The position numbers and the translations under genes are program-made. Below the pieces are notes generated by a model. That model saw only the letters and a list, made by a program, of their open reading frames with translations. It had not been told where the DNA came from and did not search any database. From NCBI RefSeq assembly GCF_006345805.1, contig NC_043001.1, positions 1,178,001 through 1,242,000 of the forward strand: a stretch of DNA of 64,000 nucleotides, read 5' to 3'. Source of the DNA: Octopus sinensis. Lineage: Eukaryota. This document shows positions 24,059-36,780 of this stretch, one piece after another. The first letter of the stretch is position 1, and each line of letters opens with the position of its first letter.

Positions 24059-24919
24059 CAGAGGGTGCAATGGGCAAATTGTTGCCATTTTATATTTTTA
24101 ATTTTGCGCGTGCACATTGTTTTTTTTTATTTTGTTGATTACACAGTATAGTAGGGTCAGTTGGGCACTATCTATGAGAAAAACAGCACCATGATGCAAT
24201 TCACTTTAGCAGAAATTTGGAAACAACATGCTCTACTGCTTGGCATTCATGCTGGAAGCTCCAACACAAACATTTCAGAGTGTTTGGGTGTCAATCTGAG
24301 GACATGTACTGAGAGTGAAAAAAATCAAACATCCAATCAACATCATGGTGTTTTAGAGTGATCACTAGTGATGGTGACGTTATGCCTCCACTCATCTTCC
24401 CACATGGCCTCACACTCAACAAGGAGGCTTACATCAAGTGCCTGGAGGAGGTAGTGCTGCCCTGGGGGAAGAGGGTGGCTGCTGGAAGACCCTATGCTTG
24501 GTAACAGGACTCTACACCATCCCACACAAGCAGGAGAACCCAGTCACATCACCCCTAACATCTGGCCACCTAACTCCCCAGACTGCAGCCCCCTTGATTA
24601 TTATGTGTGCGGTACAGTTGAGCGAGAGACCAGCAAAGCTCCTTGTAACACAAAAGATGAACTGAAGGCAAGGATTATGGTAGCATTCACCTACTTAAAC
24701 AGGGAGAATATCCAGAAGAGTTGCAGGAGATTTTGAAGTCATCTGGAGGCCGTGGCTGAAGCCCAAAGCAATTTTATTGAATAAAATCACTCTTTAGTAT
24801 TTCAAGAGATTTCAATGTAATTTTGGTAAATACATCTGTTAAAATGAGATGTTAGGGTTATTGCAATTTTTGCATAATTTAGCATAATTTAGATGACAGT
24901 TTATTCATTGCACCCTCTG
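24059..24919 (+). mobile_element. Internally deleted IS630-Tc1-mariner element (third catalytic residue D) with both TIRs
   Basis: TIR CAGAGGGTGCAATG at 24059 and CATTGCACCCTCTG at 24906-24919. Transposase remnants: IMV..VITSDGDVMPPLIFPHGL...YIKCLEEVVLPW...W*QDSTPSH...IWPPNSPDCSPLDYYVCG...SCRRF*SHLEAV. Confidence 0.92.
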
Positions 24920-24924
24920 TGTGC

Positions 24925-24955
<31 letters not shown>

Positions 24956-25029
24956 GTGAGAGAGAGAGAGAGAGAGAAGGGGTGGGTGGAGTGTGTGCAT
25001 TTGAAGTGGTGTACAAATATTGCATATTA

Positions 25030-25260
25030 CGAAAAAGGAGGCAGTCATAATTTTGGATAATTCTTTATTAGCGCTTTCATTCATTTAACTGAACTCTCCA
25101 AGAAGAATTAAAACCAAGATCTTGGTTTTAATTTTTCTTGAAGAGTTTGGTTAAACAAACGAAAGCGCTAATAAAGAAATGGTTTGAAATTTTCTTGGAG
25201 AGTTCAGTTAAATGAACGAGAGGGCTAAGAAAGAAATTCTGACTGCTTCCATTTTCTTAA
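25030..25260. mobile_element. PLE-like terminal repeat: one inverted plus two tandem 57-bp units, each with an HHR motif
   Basis: Palindrome 25061-25119/25120-25178 centred on AAGATCTT; the third unit starts 57 bp after the second. Located next to (TA)n/(GA)n. Confidence 0.8.
25138..25170 (+). ncRNA. Minimal hammerhead ribozyme, best-preserved of three copies (U at position 3)
   Basis: TTGAAGA GTTTG gttaaa CAAAC GAAA GCGC TA; 5-bp stem II, palindromic AGCGCT stem III, CUA triplet. Confidence 0.72.
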
Positions 25261-25999
25261 TATATATTTTACACACACACACATACATCTGTTATCTTTT
25301 ACCTTCCGCTTGTTTCATCCATTAGACAGTGGCCATGCTGGGGCACTACCTTGAAAAAGTTTTTGTTGACTGAATCAACACCAGTAATCAAGCAGTGGAG
25401 AGGTGGGACAAACTGATATAAAGAGATACACATATAGATATATACACAGCAGGCTTCTTTCAGTTTTCATCCACCAAATCCGCTTTCAAGGCTTTTGTCA
25501 GCCTGAGGTTATAGTAGAAAACACTTGCCCAAGGTGCCATGCAGTGGGATTGAACCCAGAACTGTGGTTCTTGAAGGATTTATGTCAAAAGATGTTCAAA
25601 CTTCCATTGAGTGCATAGGGGTCAATAAATTTAGTTACCCCAAGGAGTTCAGGCTAAAATCTGGTGATAGAATGGTCAATAAAGTAGCCATTACTTGGCC
25701 AAATTGTTAAAAGATCAAAATCCCAAATGGCAAATTCTCATAATTCCATAAAGCTTATCACATACAATTATTCATCTACCATTTTTTATTATTTCGTACA
25801 AAAATGTTTGTATTTATAGAAAAACATTTTACATTTTGAATTGTTTCAAAAGTTCCATTTCTTGTAAATATTCAATATAAACAATTGCCATTTTTGTTTC
25901 CGATATTTTCTTTGTTTCTTTATTTGCGATAATTATGAATTTAAATAAGATCTCTTGTAAGCCCCTGCATCAGTTTCCTTGCAGTCTAGATTTTACCCA

Positions 26000-26217
26000 C
26001 AGCTTTTATCTTTTACTTGTTTTAGTCTGTGGCCATACTGGAGCACTTGGAAAATCTTTAGCCAAGTGAATCGACCCCAGCACTTATTTGCTTTAAAAAG
26101 ACTACTACTTATTTTACTGGTTTCTTTTTACAGGCAAAATAAACACACGAATGCTGGTTGTTCAGCAGTGGATGGGGAAACACACACACACACTTGCACA
26201 CACACACACACACACTT

Positions 26218-26275
<58 letters not shown>

Positions 26276-26650
26276 TCACACAACTGGCTTCCTTCGGTTC
26301 CTGTCTACAAAATCAACTCACAAGGCTTTGGTTGGCCTGAGGCTAGAGCAGAAGACACTTGCTCAAGGTGCTACACGATGGGATTGAACTGGGAAGCATG
26401 CAGTTTGGAAACAAGCTTCTTATTTCTTTATTGCCCACAAGGGGCTAAGCATAGAGGGGACAAACAAGAACAGACAAAGGGATTAAGTCGATTACATCGA
26501 CCCCAGTGCATAACAGGTACTTTATTTATCGACCCCAAAAGGATGAAAGACAAAGTCAACCTCGGTGGAATTTGAACTCAGAATGCAACATTTCTGCCAG
26601 CTCGCCGCCAGTTTGGAAACAAGCTTCTTACCACACAACGGCCATACCTG
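26000..26650 (-). mobile_element. Family A SINE interrupted by a family B SINE (26420-26600)
   Basis: The family A sequence breaks at GTTTGGAAACAAGCTTCTTA (26402) and resumes with the same 20-mer at ~26611, flanking the B copy like a target-site duplication. Confidence 0.8.
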
Positions 26651-27738
26651 CATCTATACAAATATTCATCAGCATTATCATCATCATCATTGTTCTAACA
26701 ATTACTTTTCTATGATTCAGAGGAAATTCACAAAGGCAGGGTTTCTACTGAAACCCAGCGGACTCAAGCAACAGCCCAATGAAAAGGAGCAACACACTGC
26801 TTGCTTCAGCACTTGAACTCAGTACTTTATGACTGTGAGGTCAACACCTGAACCACTACATCATGTGCCTTCACACACATGCACACACATGTATATGTGT
26901 GCTTATGTAGGCCTAGATATGTGTGTGTGCATGTGTAAATGTATGTATGTTAGAGCTTTGTTGCCCTAGGCCAACCACAATCAAGCAGACCTTTCATCTA
27001 AGATAGTCCAAAAGTGACCATACCACATATAGTGGCCTACATTATCCAATCTACCTTGTTTTCGTCCCCCCTCCTCCAAGATTGAAGGTTTTAGCATTAG
27101 GAAATTTGGTTGTTGTTTCTAGCAGGTTAAAATGTGACATTTTCTTTTTTGAAATATATTTTAACTATTAAATTATAAAACTGAAATAAACCAGAATGTA
27201 ATTAGTTAATCTGAAAATATGAATCAGATATTTCAGAAAACTATTTTATAAAAAGATATAAACAAGTAAATAAGACAATGAGATCATAAATCATGGTTAA
27301 TCATATTTGGGAAACAAACAAACGATTCCGACAGAAGACAGAGTGAAATAATGAATCTACTAACAAAATTTCAACGTTGGAAATGGAATTTATTTAATTT
27401 ACAAGTTGACTCTTTTCTTTCCAATTATATACTTTGAGTCCAGTCTCCTGGGAGGGAGGGAGAGAGAGAGGAAAAAGAGGTTGAGAATGAAGAGTGAGGG
27501 TAAATGAATACCTAGAAAGAGGGAGAGAGTGATTGGTGAGAGAGAGAGTTAGAGATGGCCGAAGGAAGAGTTGAATGAAAGGAGAGGTTGATGGACAGGT
27601 TAAACAGAGAAACAGACCGGATAATGTCAACAGACAAACAGAAGAGTTTGCTGGAGCAAGAGGAGAGACAAACAGAGAGGAGAAGGGAAGGAATGGGAGA
27701 GAAATTAATAGTGCATAGATTCTATATACATACACACA

Positions 27739-27811
<73 letters not shown>

Positions 27812-28155
27812 GTATATATATACACACACATATGCACGCACACAAACACACATTTATAAATGTGTAAATGGAGGTGCACACACATGCATATGTATACGTA
27901 TATATATAAGCATTTTATATATACACACATATAAGTATATATATATATTTATATAGGTATATATAAATGTTTATATATATATGTACATGTACGTATACAT
28001 CATTTATGTGTATACATAAATGCACATATAAACATTTACATATATGTATGTAAATGTATATATATAAACATTTATTCACACACACACACACATCATCATC
28101 ACCATCATTTAACATCTGCCTTCCATGCTAGCATGGGTGGGACAGTATACATAAA

Positions 28156-28198
<43 letters not shown>

Positions 28199-28200
28199 TT

Positions 28201-28256
<56 letters not shown>

Positions 28257-28479
28257 AATAAACATTTATATTAATCAAATATCCATTACAGCCAATCTTA
28301 CTAACCAGTTTCACACTGGTATTGAACCAGATGTTTCTTAACAGCACGGTTACATAATACTTCATACTCATCAAAGACAGCAGGTATGAGGAAAATAAAA
28401 TCACAGTTATTGGAGACGAAAGACCACATTCATTTTGTTGGTGCTATGAAAACAAAAAGACAAAACTGAACAAGGGTTA

Positions 28480-28910
28480 TTTCATGAGTGATGTTCCTGA
28501 AGATGGTTGGATTTCAGTGCCTATAGGCCTTTTAGAGGCTGAAGGAGAGGCTGACATTCATTAACAGCCTCCTGTCATTCAACCATTGCAGTCAAGAACC
28601 TGGCAAAGAGAGCCATCAGAAGAATCTCCAGTCTGTCTTCAATTGAAGAGAGTTTTGATTCTGCCGTCTTGTACCACAATGAAGCTCTGGCTGCCAACAT
28701 TTTAAAGCATAGGATTTGTTATACACCAGACACTAATCCCCTTCAAGAGAAAACATCACTGAAAAGTATTGTGGTTCCCATCCACTTCTCCTTAAGCATA
28801 AAACTTGTGTGGGTAAGATTTCCCGTACTTTAGTGAATAAATACACTCCCCATACGAATAGGTCCAGTAATATTTTTAATAGGCACAGCTAAAGAGTTTC
28901 CTTTAGCAGT
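28480..28910 (+). mobile_element. Penelope-like element RT thumb/linker fragment
   Basis: With frameshifts: ASCHSTIAVKNLAKRAIRRISSLSSIEESFDSAVLYHNEALAA...WF....FSLSIK..VGKISRTLVNKYTP...NIFNRH, matching the PLE pattern SNHP..I.K.LP..I..RLS.LSS.E..F......Y..AL...WFNPPFS...VGK.F..L..KHFP...IFN. Confidence 0.75.
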
Positions 28911-29146
28911 GCATCTATTGTTAAAACAAATAAATATTAGTAGTAGCACCAACCCATCCCCCTAACCCTCTATAAAACGGTTACACGTATAATAATACCC
29001 CTACACATATGTTAGTCCTACATGAATACCAATGGTTATATAACACAGTACACTTTCTCTACATGAAAGCATACTATTTCTGACTTATGGATTCTTAGAC
29101 GACTTCATATATGTGTATATAAATACATATATGCATATATATACCC

Positions 29147-29270
29147 TAGAAACACTGCCAGATCAGACTGGAGCCTGGTGCAGCCTCCTGGCTTCCCAGA
29201 TCCCAGTTGAACCGTCCAACCCATGCTAGCATGGAAAACGGACGTTAAATGATGATTATGCTGATGATGA
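29147..29270 (+). mobile_element. RTE 3' tail fragment
   Basis: AGAAACACTGCCAGATCAGACTGG...GGACGTTAAATGATG. Confidence 0.85.
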
Positions 29271-30915
29271 TATATATGTACGCACATATATTATAGTGCT
29301 GTGTATTTATGGGAATATAATATGGATGTGTTTTCTAAACATCAGGAGGAAGCTTGGTAATTGATGATTTAACATTGGTTTTTACAGAGAGATGAAGATG
29401 AAAGATGTATCTTCCCTAGGAGAGTATGCCATCCACTTCATTGCATGTAACTTTCCAGGGTCGTCTGGTACATCTGATGAGTAACCAGGTGAATAAATGA
29501 TGCAACATGGTATCTAGTGTTCTACTGAGAAACTCCCTATATATTTAGAAGAATATTTCATTTGGAGTGGCCTGGATGGCTTGGGTGCTGAGTTCAGATT
29601 CATAAAATCATGGGGCTGAATCCTGCAAAGTGTCTTTAAACAAGGAGCATCATTTCACATTGTCCCACTCAACTCATTTGAGACAAGTACCAGCCAAGTG
29701 CTGGGGCAGATCTCCCTCTCTCATTTCCTCCCTTTCTCCTCCCCTTCTCTCACTTGTTCTCTATCTGTCATATCTTAGATCTTTCACTGGAAGGCCAAGG
29801 AGTAGCCATGTCTGCTAATAGTTACTTAGGTACCTAAACCAATTAGTAAAAACAGTATTTATTATCAAGCCACACTGAATTTTGAGAGGAAGCCACAACA
29901 AAGCTTGGGGACTAATCCAAGGTCAATTTCCAGAAACATTCAAGTAAATCGAAAAAAAAAACCCAACTCCACCTGATAATACAACATATTCTGTTCCTCA
30001 AATAACTTGCTGTAGAATGCAGGTAAGATACGAGAGAGATGAAAGCCTCATTTGTGATTCTTAGTTTTAACCAGCTTCACTTATATTGCTGATGCTCTCG
30101 AGAAAGAGATGCAACCATTTACTGCTGTTACTCTAAATCAGGGACTCTCAACCACTGAGCTACACAGAGAGAGGGGGGCGAGGGAAGCGGGGGAGAGAGA
30201 AACTTTGATGTTTCTTGCAATAAATACATCAAAAGCAAACCTTTTTCATGGATCCTTAATTTATTACTGTGAATCCCCAATTTATCATTTTCCTTGTGTA
30301 GACATCCTAAAACTTTATATGGGTTCTGCGGGAGAAAAACTGCTCTAAATTCATTCTTTCCAAAATTCTATGATGTTTTTTTCCACAAAAGATGGAGGTT
30401 TGCTCTGTTTTTAAGATGATAAGTAGATATGGGTGTACACCCTTGCTTTGCTTAGGAAACACATTTGTCTCAGCAGACATAGAGTTCTTGCTTGTGTTTT
30501 GTAACAGTCTAATGAATGGAGGAGACATGTGGTAAAGACATGTGATGTAGACAAAGATATAAAGTAAGGGCAATGATAGGTTTGCAATAGATTTCAATGA
30601 AAGACTTGTGACTTTGTATTACTTGACTGTATTTCACTTGGATATTTCACTTCTGTCATCTAAATCTAACATCTTTGCCTATAGAAAGTATTAATATTGT
30701 ATATGCAGTAGGTAGGCAGGTGAGTAGGGAGACAAACAGACAGACAGATAGACAGATGATAGATAGATAGGTAGATAGGTACAGATATATTGATAGATCA
30801 CATAACTGTAAATGAATTATCGAAGGAATTGCCTCTTTTACAGCTGGTTGCTTGTTCTAGTAGTGACCATTCAAGTATTTTCACTGCAAACCACAATGAC
30901 AGAAGCAGAACAACA

Positions 30916-30969
<54 letters not shown>

Positions 30970-31298
30970 AATGCCCTTGCCTCCCATGGAAACACAGTAC
31001 TTATTGTGATACACGAAACAAATAAAAGGAAATTGTTATTTATTGTTATTGTGGAAGAGTGGAAACTAGAAAATGTTTAACTTTTATTAAAAAGAGAAAA
31101 TCACATGTGAAGTATGATTCTCATATCTGTTTTCCTTGACATTTCAAATCATATAAAATATTCCTTTAAAGACAGTTTCGCAGCAAATCGCTGGAGAAAT
31201 TGGTTCACATGGTATACATTTAATATGGGTGGAATGGAAATTTACCATTATTTCGAAGTTTCAGCCACAGGCAACAAATCATTTATATACATATTTAT

Positions 31299-31420
<122 letters not shown>

Positions 31421-31525
31421 GTATATGTATATATGTATATATATATGTATATATGTGTGTGTATATATATATATATGTATATATGCACATATATGTATAT
31501 ATATATGTATATGTATATATATATA

Positions 31526-31745
31526 TCATCATCATCACCATCACCATTTAGCATCCGCTTTCCATGCTAGCATGGGTTGGACGGTTCAACTGGGGTCTGT
31601 GAAGCCAGAAGGCTGCATCAGGCCCAGTCTGATCTGGCAGTGTTTCTACGGCTGGATGCCCTTCCTAATGCCAACCACTCCATGAGTGTAGTGGGTGCTA
31701 TTTACGTGCCACCCGCACAAGTGCCAGATGGAGCTGGCATCAGAC
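31526..31745 (-). mobile_element. RTE 3' tail fragment (left member of an inverted pair)
   Basis: CATCACCATTTAGCATCCGCTTTCCATGCTAGCATGGGTTGGACGG... Confidence 0.85.
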
Positions 31746-31789
31746 GGACGTATGTATATGTATATGCATATGTATATATATATATATAT

Positions 31790-32048
31790 ACGTGGCCAAT
31801 GCCAGCACTGCCTTGACTGGCTTCTGTGCTGGTGGCACGTAAAAAGCACCAACCAATCGGGGCCGCTGCCAGCCTCCCCTGGCATCTGTGCCGGTGGCAT
31901 GTAAAAAGCACTCACTACACTCACAGACTGGTTGGCGTTAGGAAGGGCATCCAGCTGTAGAAACACTGCCAGATCAGACTGGAGCCTGGTGCAGCCTCCT
32001 GGCTTCCCAGACCCTGGTCGAACTGACCAACCCATGCTAGCATGGAAA
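31790..32048 (+). mobile_element. RTE 3' tail fragment (right member of an inverted pair)
   Basis: ...GGTTGGCGTTAGGAAGGGCATCCAGCTGTAGAAACACTGCCAGATC...CCAACCCATGCTAGCATGGAAAA. Confidence 0.85.
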
Positions 32049-32299
32049 AGCATGGGGGACTGGGTGGGATTATATCTCCATCTTTGTTCTTTTTGCCCCT
32101 TCTTGTCTCTTTCTACTCTCATTTTTGCTTATTTGTACCAATCTGTCACCTCTCCTATTCACTGTTCTACGTGAGCCAAGTAAAGAGAGAAAATATTACA
32201 TTTGTGCATATTCAATGCTCAATATTAAATATCTATATTTACTCTTCTCTTCATCCTAACATAATGCATGAATATTGAAGGATTGTATTAGATTTGTTG

Positions 32300-32560
32300 C
32301 TCTCTGTTACACTCAGGTTGAAAAAGAAATGTTAAACATCAGGAAATTGAATTGTTACAGTAAACAAAGAAGAGAGAATTGTGAGAGGGCAGGATTGCCC
32401 CTGCCTCACATATTCTGGAGATGGAACCTAAACAAGTACTACTGGCCATCACGTTTTTAGTTTCATTGATGTCCAACTCTGTCTTAACATGGTCTTCATT
32501 CTTCCCCATTTGCACACTCTCTTACCAACAACAAACTCCTACTCTTCGGTGGATTCATAA
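32300..32560 (-). mobile_element. Very decayed non-LTR RT fragment
   Basis: Minus strand YVRQGQSCPL resembles RT motif GVRQGxxLSP; the surrounding frames are broken. Confidence 0.4.
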
Positions 32561-34534
32561 TTGATAACCAACACATTCTCTTGCTAACAACTATTTCAGT
32601 AACTAGCCATCACACACACACACACACACTTGAAGAGAAGTCATTGTTGGAACAGGAAAGGTACCCAAACAGAAAATTTGCCTCAATAAAGTCAAACCCT
32701 ACAAGCTTAGAAAAGTGGATGTTAAAATGATGATGATGATGATGATTGTATGTATTCCTCTAGCCAAAGCCAATTAAGAAACCAACCAACCAATCAACCA
32801 CCCAGCCAACCAATTATGGCTTGTACATGATGAATACAACCTAAGAATTGAACTCTCATTAATGCTGCTTGTATCAGTGAATGATTGCAACATATCTGAT
32901 TAAGTTTGCGATTCCATAAAATACTAAACTGACAGCAACATTTATCCCTAAGGGCATTTAAATAATGCTAGAGCTGTATCATAATACTGACATCTGTACA
33001 CGTGTGTATATCCACACACACACACCTCTGTATCGTTTTTCCTATGATAGTTATTGCATCTATTTTTTTCCTCTTCTTTCTATGTTAGTTGGCGTCGACA
33101 AGGATGAACTCTTACTGAATCACATGAATAAGCAATTGATTATGGTCAGTACAAGCATTCTATCATTCAATATCCTACACATATGTCTATACACAGCCAG
33201 TTGGCAATCTTTGGCCTCGACTGGATTTTAATATGTGCACAGACAGACACATACCGCACAAACTTACTTTTTAATTTTATTGAAACATGAATGCAGGGCA
33301 TATTTTATAATGAATAAATATGCTTTCCTTCGTTACCAGCATTCCCTACTCTCACTCTCTAAAAAATAATGACACCAACAATGGAACCATAGAAATACAA
33401 AGATAGGACAATCACTGGAGAATCATGGATGGAGAGTCTTTGATCATATATACAGATGTAGGAATCTTATAAACACTTACATATGTACACACACCCACAC
33501 ATATATATACACACACACATATCTATATTGTCAGTAAACTGTTGCAGAAGTCTGAGACGACAGTATTTCCTCCTTGATGTTGACATCTGGCCATTGATTA
33601 TATTCGTAAACCAATTCTTTATGACATCTCTGTGACACCCATGCAGATTATGCTAAAATGAAGACACTGAGTTAAACATTTTATTCTCTTCTTTCTTTAT
33701 GCGATAGACATTGCATTTATGATAAAAGGAAAACTACTGCACCAGAACTCTATAAATATATCAAATGTTATACAAGTCTTGAGGAAGAAGTAAGTGGAAA
33801 TAGCAATGAGAGGATTTTATGAAACAGAGAATTGGTTTCTGTGGCTTTGAGTTAAAAAGATGGATCCTAACACTTCTGAACAAAGCAAACTTTTTATCTC
33901 TAAGTGGTCAATAAAATTATTACTTTTAGCGCATGTGGTTAATACTGACCAGATCAACAAAATAAAAAAAGAAAAAACAGACAAGAAAACGAAAAAGGAA
34001 AAGAAAAATAAGAGAGAAACTAATAAAGTGAATAATGTCATGAAGAAGGCGTTACCATGGAGTTTCCAGTCAAAGAAATCACGTAAACATTGAGATTTAT
34101 CAAATATGCATGTAAAGAATGATGCAAATATGATGATAATGATGATGATGTACATATATAGATATGTATATTATATGTAAATTTATATGTATAGATATGT
34201 ATATGTATAGATCCAGGTGTGGTTATGTGGTTAAGAAGTTTGCCTCCCAACCACAAGGGCTCTGGTTCAGTTCCACTCCATGGCACGTTGGGTAAGTTTC
34301 TTCTAAAACCAGAAGAACCTGAGGATATGAAAGCTGAAGGGAAGCAGTGCTCTACAAGATTGAACCGACTGGAGTAATATGGAATGAAGTGCCTTGCTCA
34401 AGGAATCAACGTGCTGTCTGGTCCTACAATTAAAACCATAACTTTGTGATTATGAACTCAACACCCTAATCACTGTATGTATATGCACACATATACAAAC
34501 TCACACTCACACAGCAATATATATATATATATAT

Positions 34535-34970
34535 CATCATCATTGCCTAATGTCTGTTTTCCATGCTAGCACGGGCTGGACAGTTTGACTGGGGTCTGGG
34601 AAGACAGGGGGATGAACCAGGCTCCAGTCTGATCTGGCAGTGTGTCTACAACTGGATGCCCTTCCTAATGCCAACCACTCCATGAGTGTAGTGGGTGCTT
34701 TTTATGTGCCACCAGCACAGGTGCCAGGGGAGGCTGGCAACAGCAACGATCGGTTGGTGCTTTTTACGTGCCACCAGCACGGAAGCCAGTCAAGGCGGCG
34801 CTGGCATCAGCTACATTCGGATCGTGCTTTTTACATTCCACTGGCAAGGGTATCACATTTACAATTTCCATTTGATATTTGTTTTGATGTTGATGTACTT
34901 GACTCAATAGGTCTCCTCAAGCACAGCAGGTCATTCTACAACCCAAGGTAAGCACAGCAGGCCGTCCTGC
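34535..34970 (-). mobile_element. RTE 3' UTR/tail fragment
   Basis: Same UTR as 11505-12000, including GTTGATGTACTTGACTCAATAGGTCTCC. Confidence 0.85.
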
Positions 34971-34995
34971 GATATATATATACATATATATATAT

Positions 34996-35040
<45 letters not shown>

Positions 35041-36410
35041 TGCAGTTTAACTCTTCAAATCCACATTTCTCATGAAATATTCTGTCTCCTAGATGTAGAA
35101 GCCAAATCTCCTTCAAATAGCATCTCACCATTTTAGAAACAGACACATCGGATAATCTGATTCTGAATTCAGCTGCACCTAGCAAAAAGACTGGATGGTC
35201 ACAGTTGGAATGGCTTAATCATAGATCTGCTTGATCATGGATGGCCTGAAATGATAACAACCTCACACTGTTTGCTATCTCTCACCCAGTCTCCTCATCA
35301 CTTCATTAAATCACATTCAACATCATCACTACCATCATTGGGATCACCCCACCACCGTATCATCAACCACCACTATAACAACAACAACAGCCAGCAACAG
35401 CAGGAAACAACATGCACAATATTTGTTACCAAAACACATGAAAATATGCAAATCAAACCAAGTAAGTTTTTTGGTTTGTTTTTTGGTTTGTTGGTTTATT
35501 TTTGTTTTGTTATTTAAAATGTTTTGTTTTGTTTGAAATTTATAGACATAAAAAGATGTTGGAGAATTAAAATATTTCCAGAAACTGGTTCCATAATAAA
35601 ATCCTGTTTGTTTTGTATCCACAGTAAATATGTTTGTGTTCTCGTCAAAGGCAACGCTATGTCAGTATTAAGTCCAAAACATAGAAAATTGGAGGAAACA
35701 AATAAATAAATAAAATAAAGTGAAAGTTTTAAAAGATATAAAATAAAAATAAAACAAACCTGTTAATTAAAAAAATAAATAAAAATTTAAATTTCTGTTG
35801 TGAGGAAAAGACAATATGGAAAACTCTGAGTTGTAACAAATGTTGCTACTCTGAGTTTTTCAATGTTGAGCTTTGGAGAATTAGGAAAAAAAAATGTTCT
35901 GTTTTGGGGTTGTGACTTAGAAGAAGGGTTGGGCCCACAGCTCCTTTTGCAAGGCTTTAGAAACTAGTGGCAGGCATCAAGCTGGTCTGGAATCTACTAA
36001 AGGCCAACGAAGGGCCAGAGGATGGTATTAAACTGGGTGACATGTTAAACCTATCAACCAAAATAGATTTCATATTTAAAAAAAACATTCGTAAAATTTT
36101 GAATAGCATGTCAAGCACTGACTGGCTTGTAGATGGGAAATAACAAAGCAATATTATTGGCTTACAACACCACCACCGCCCTTATTCTTTGTTTGAGAAA
36201 GGGTTTGTGGCGGGGTCATCTTAGCACTAAAGCTGTAAAATAATTTCATGACAATAGTCTGTATAAAGAAATATAATATGAGTGACAAAATACCTGATAA
36301 AAGCCAGAGTTTATGTGTATAAGAAGCAATAACCAACAATTAAGAAATGCAAGGGTCAGGGTTAAGGATTAAGAAGTCCTGATCTTAGTAAAGCAAAGGT
36401 AAAATGTTAT

Positions 36411-36780
36411 AGGCACAGATGTGACTGTGGGGTAAGGAGTTTCTTTCTAAACCATATCACTCCAAGTTCAGTGCTATGGCATGGCACCTTGGGCAAGTAT
36501 TTACTACTATAGCCTTAGGACAAACAAAGCCTTTTGAGTGGATGTTGTAGATGGAAACTGAAAGAAGCCTGTTATGTGTGTGTGTATGTGTGTTTGTCCC
36601 TCTCCACTGCTTTACAACTGGTGTGGGTGTGATTACTTTCCTATAACTTAACAGTTTGGCAAAAGAGACTGATAGAATAAGTACCAGGTTTAAAAAATAA
36701 TTAGTAGGATTAATTCGACTAGAATTCTTCAAGGTGGTGCTTCAGCATGGCCACAGTCTAATGATTGAAGCAGGTAAAAA
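36411..36780 (+). mobile_element. Family A SINE, near full length
   Basis: Head, GGCACCTTGGGCAAGT, (TG)n linker and 3' end AAGGTGGTGCTTCAGCATGGCCACAGTC. Confidence 0.8.

Noticed and set aside
30508-30531. 24-nt + strand microexon (TTTTGTAACAG|T CTA ATG AAT GGA GGA GAC ATG TG|GTAAAG) encoding LMNGGDM, like the GRK motif DLMNGGDL
   Set aside because: No other kinase exon is recognisable, the following residues diverge from GRK, and a six-residue match with ordinary splice sites is expected by chance. RNA-seq junctions would settle it.
35953-36143. Open + frame after a TTTTGCAAG acceptor-like site
   Set aside because: No recognisable protein similarity and only a weak donor.
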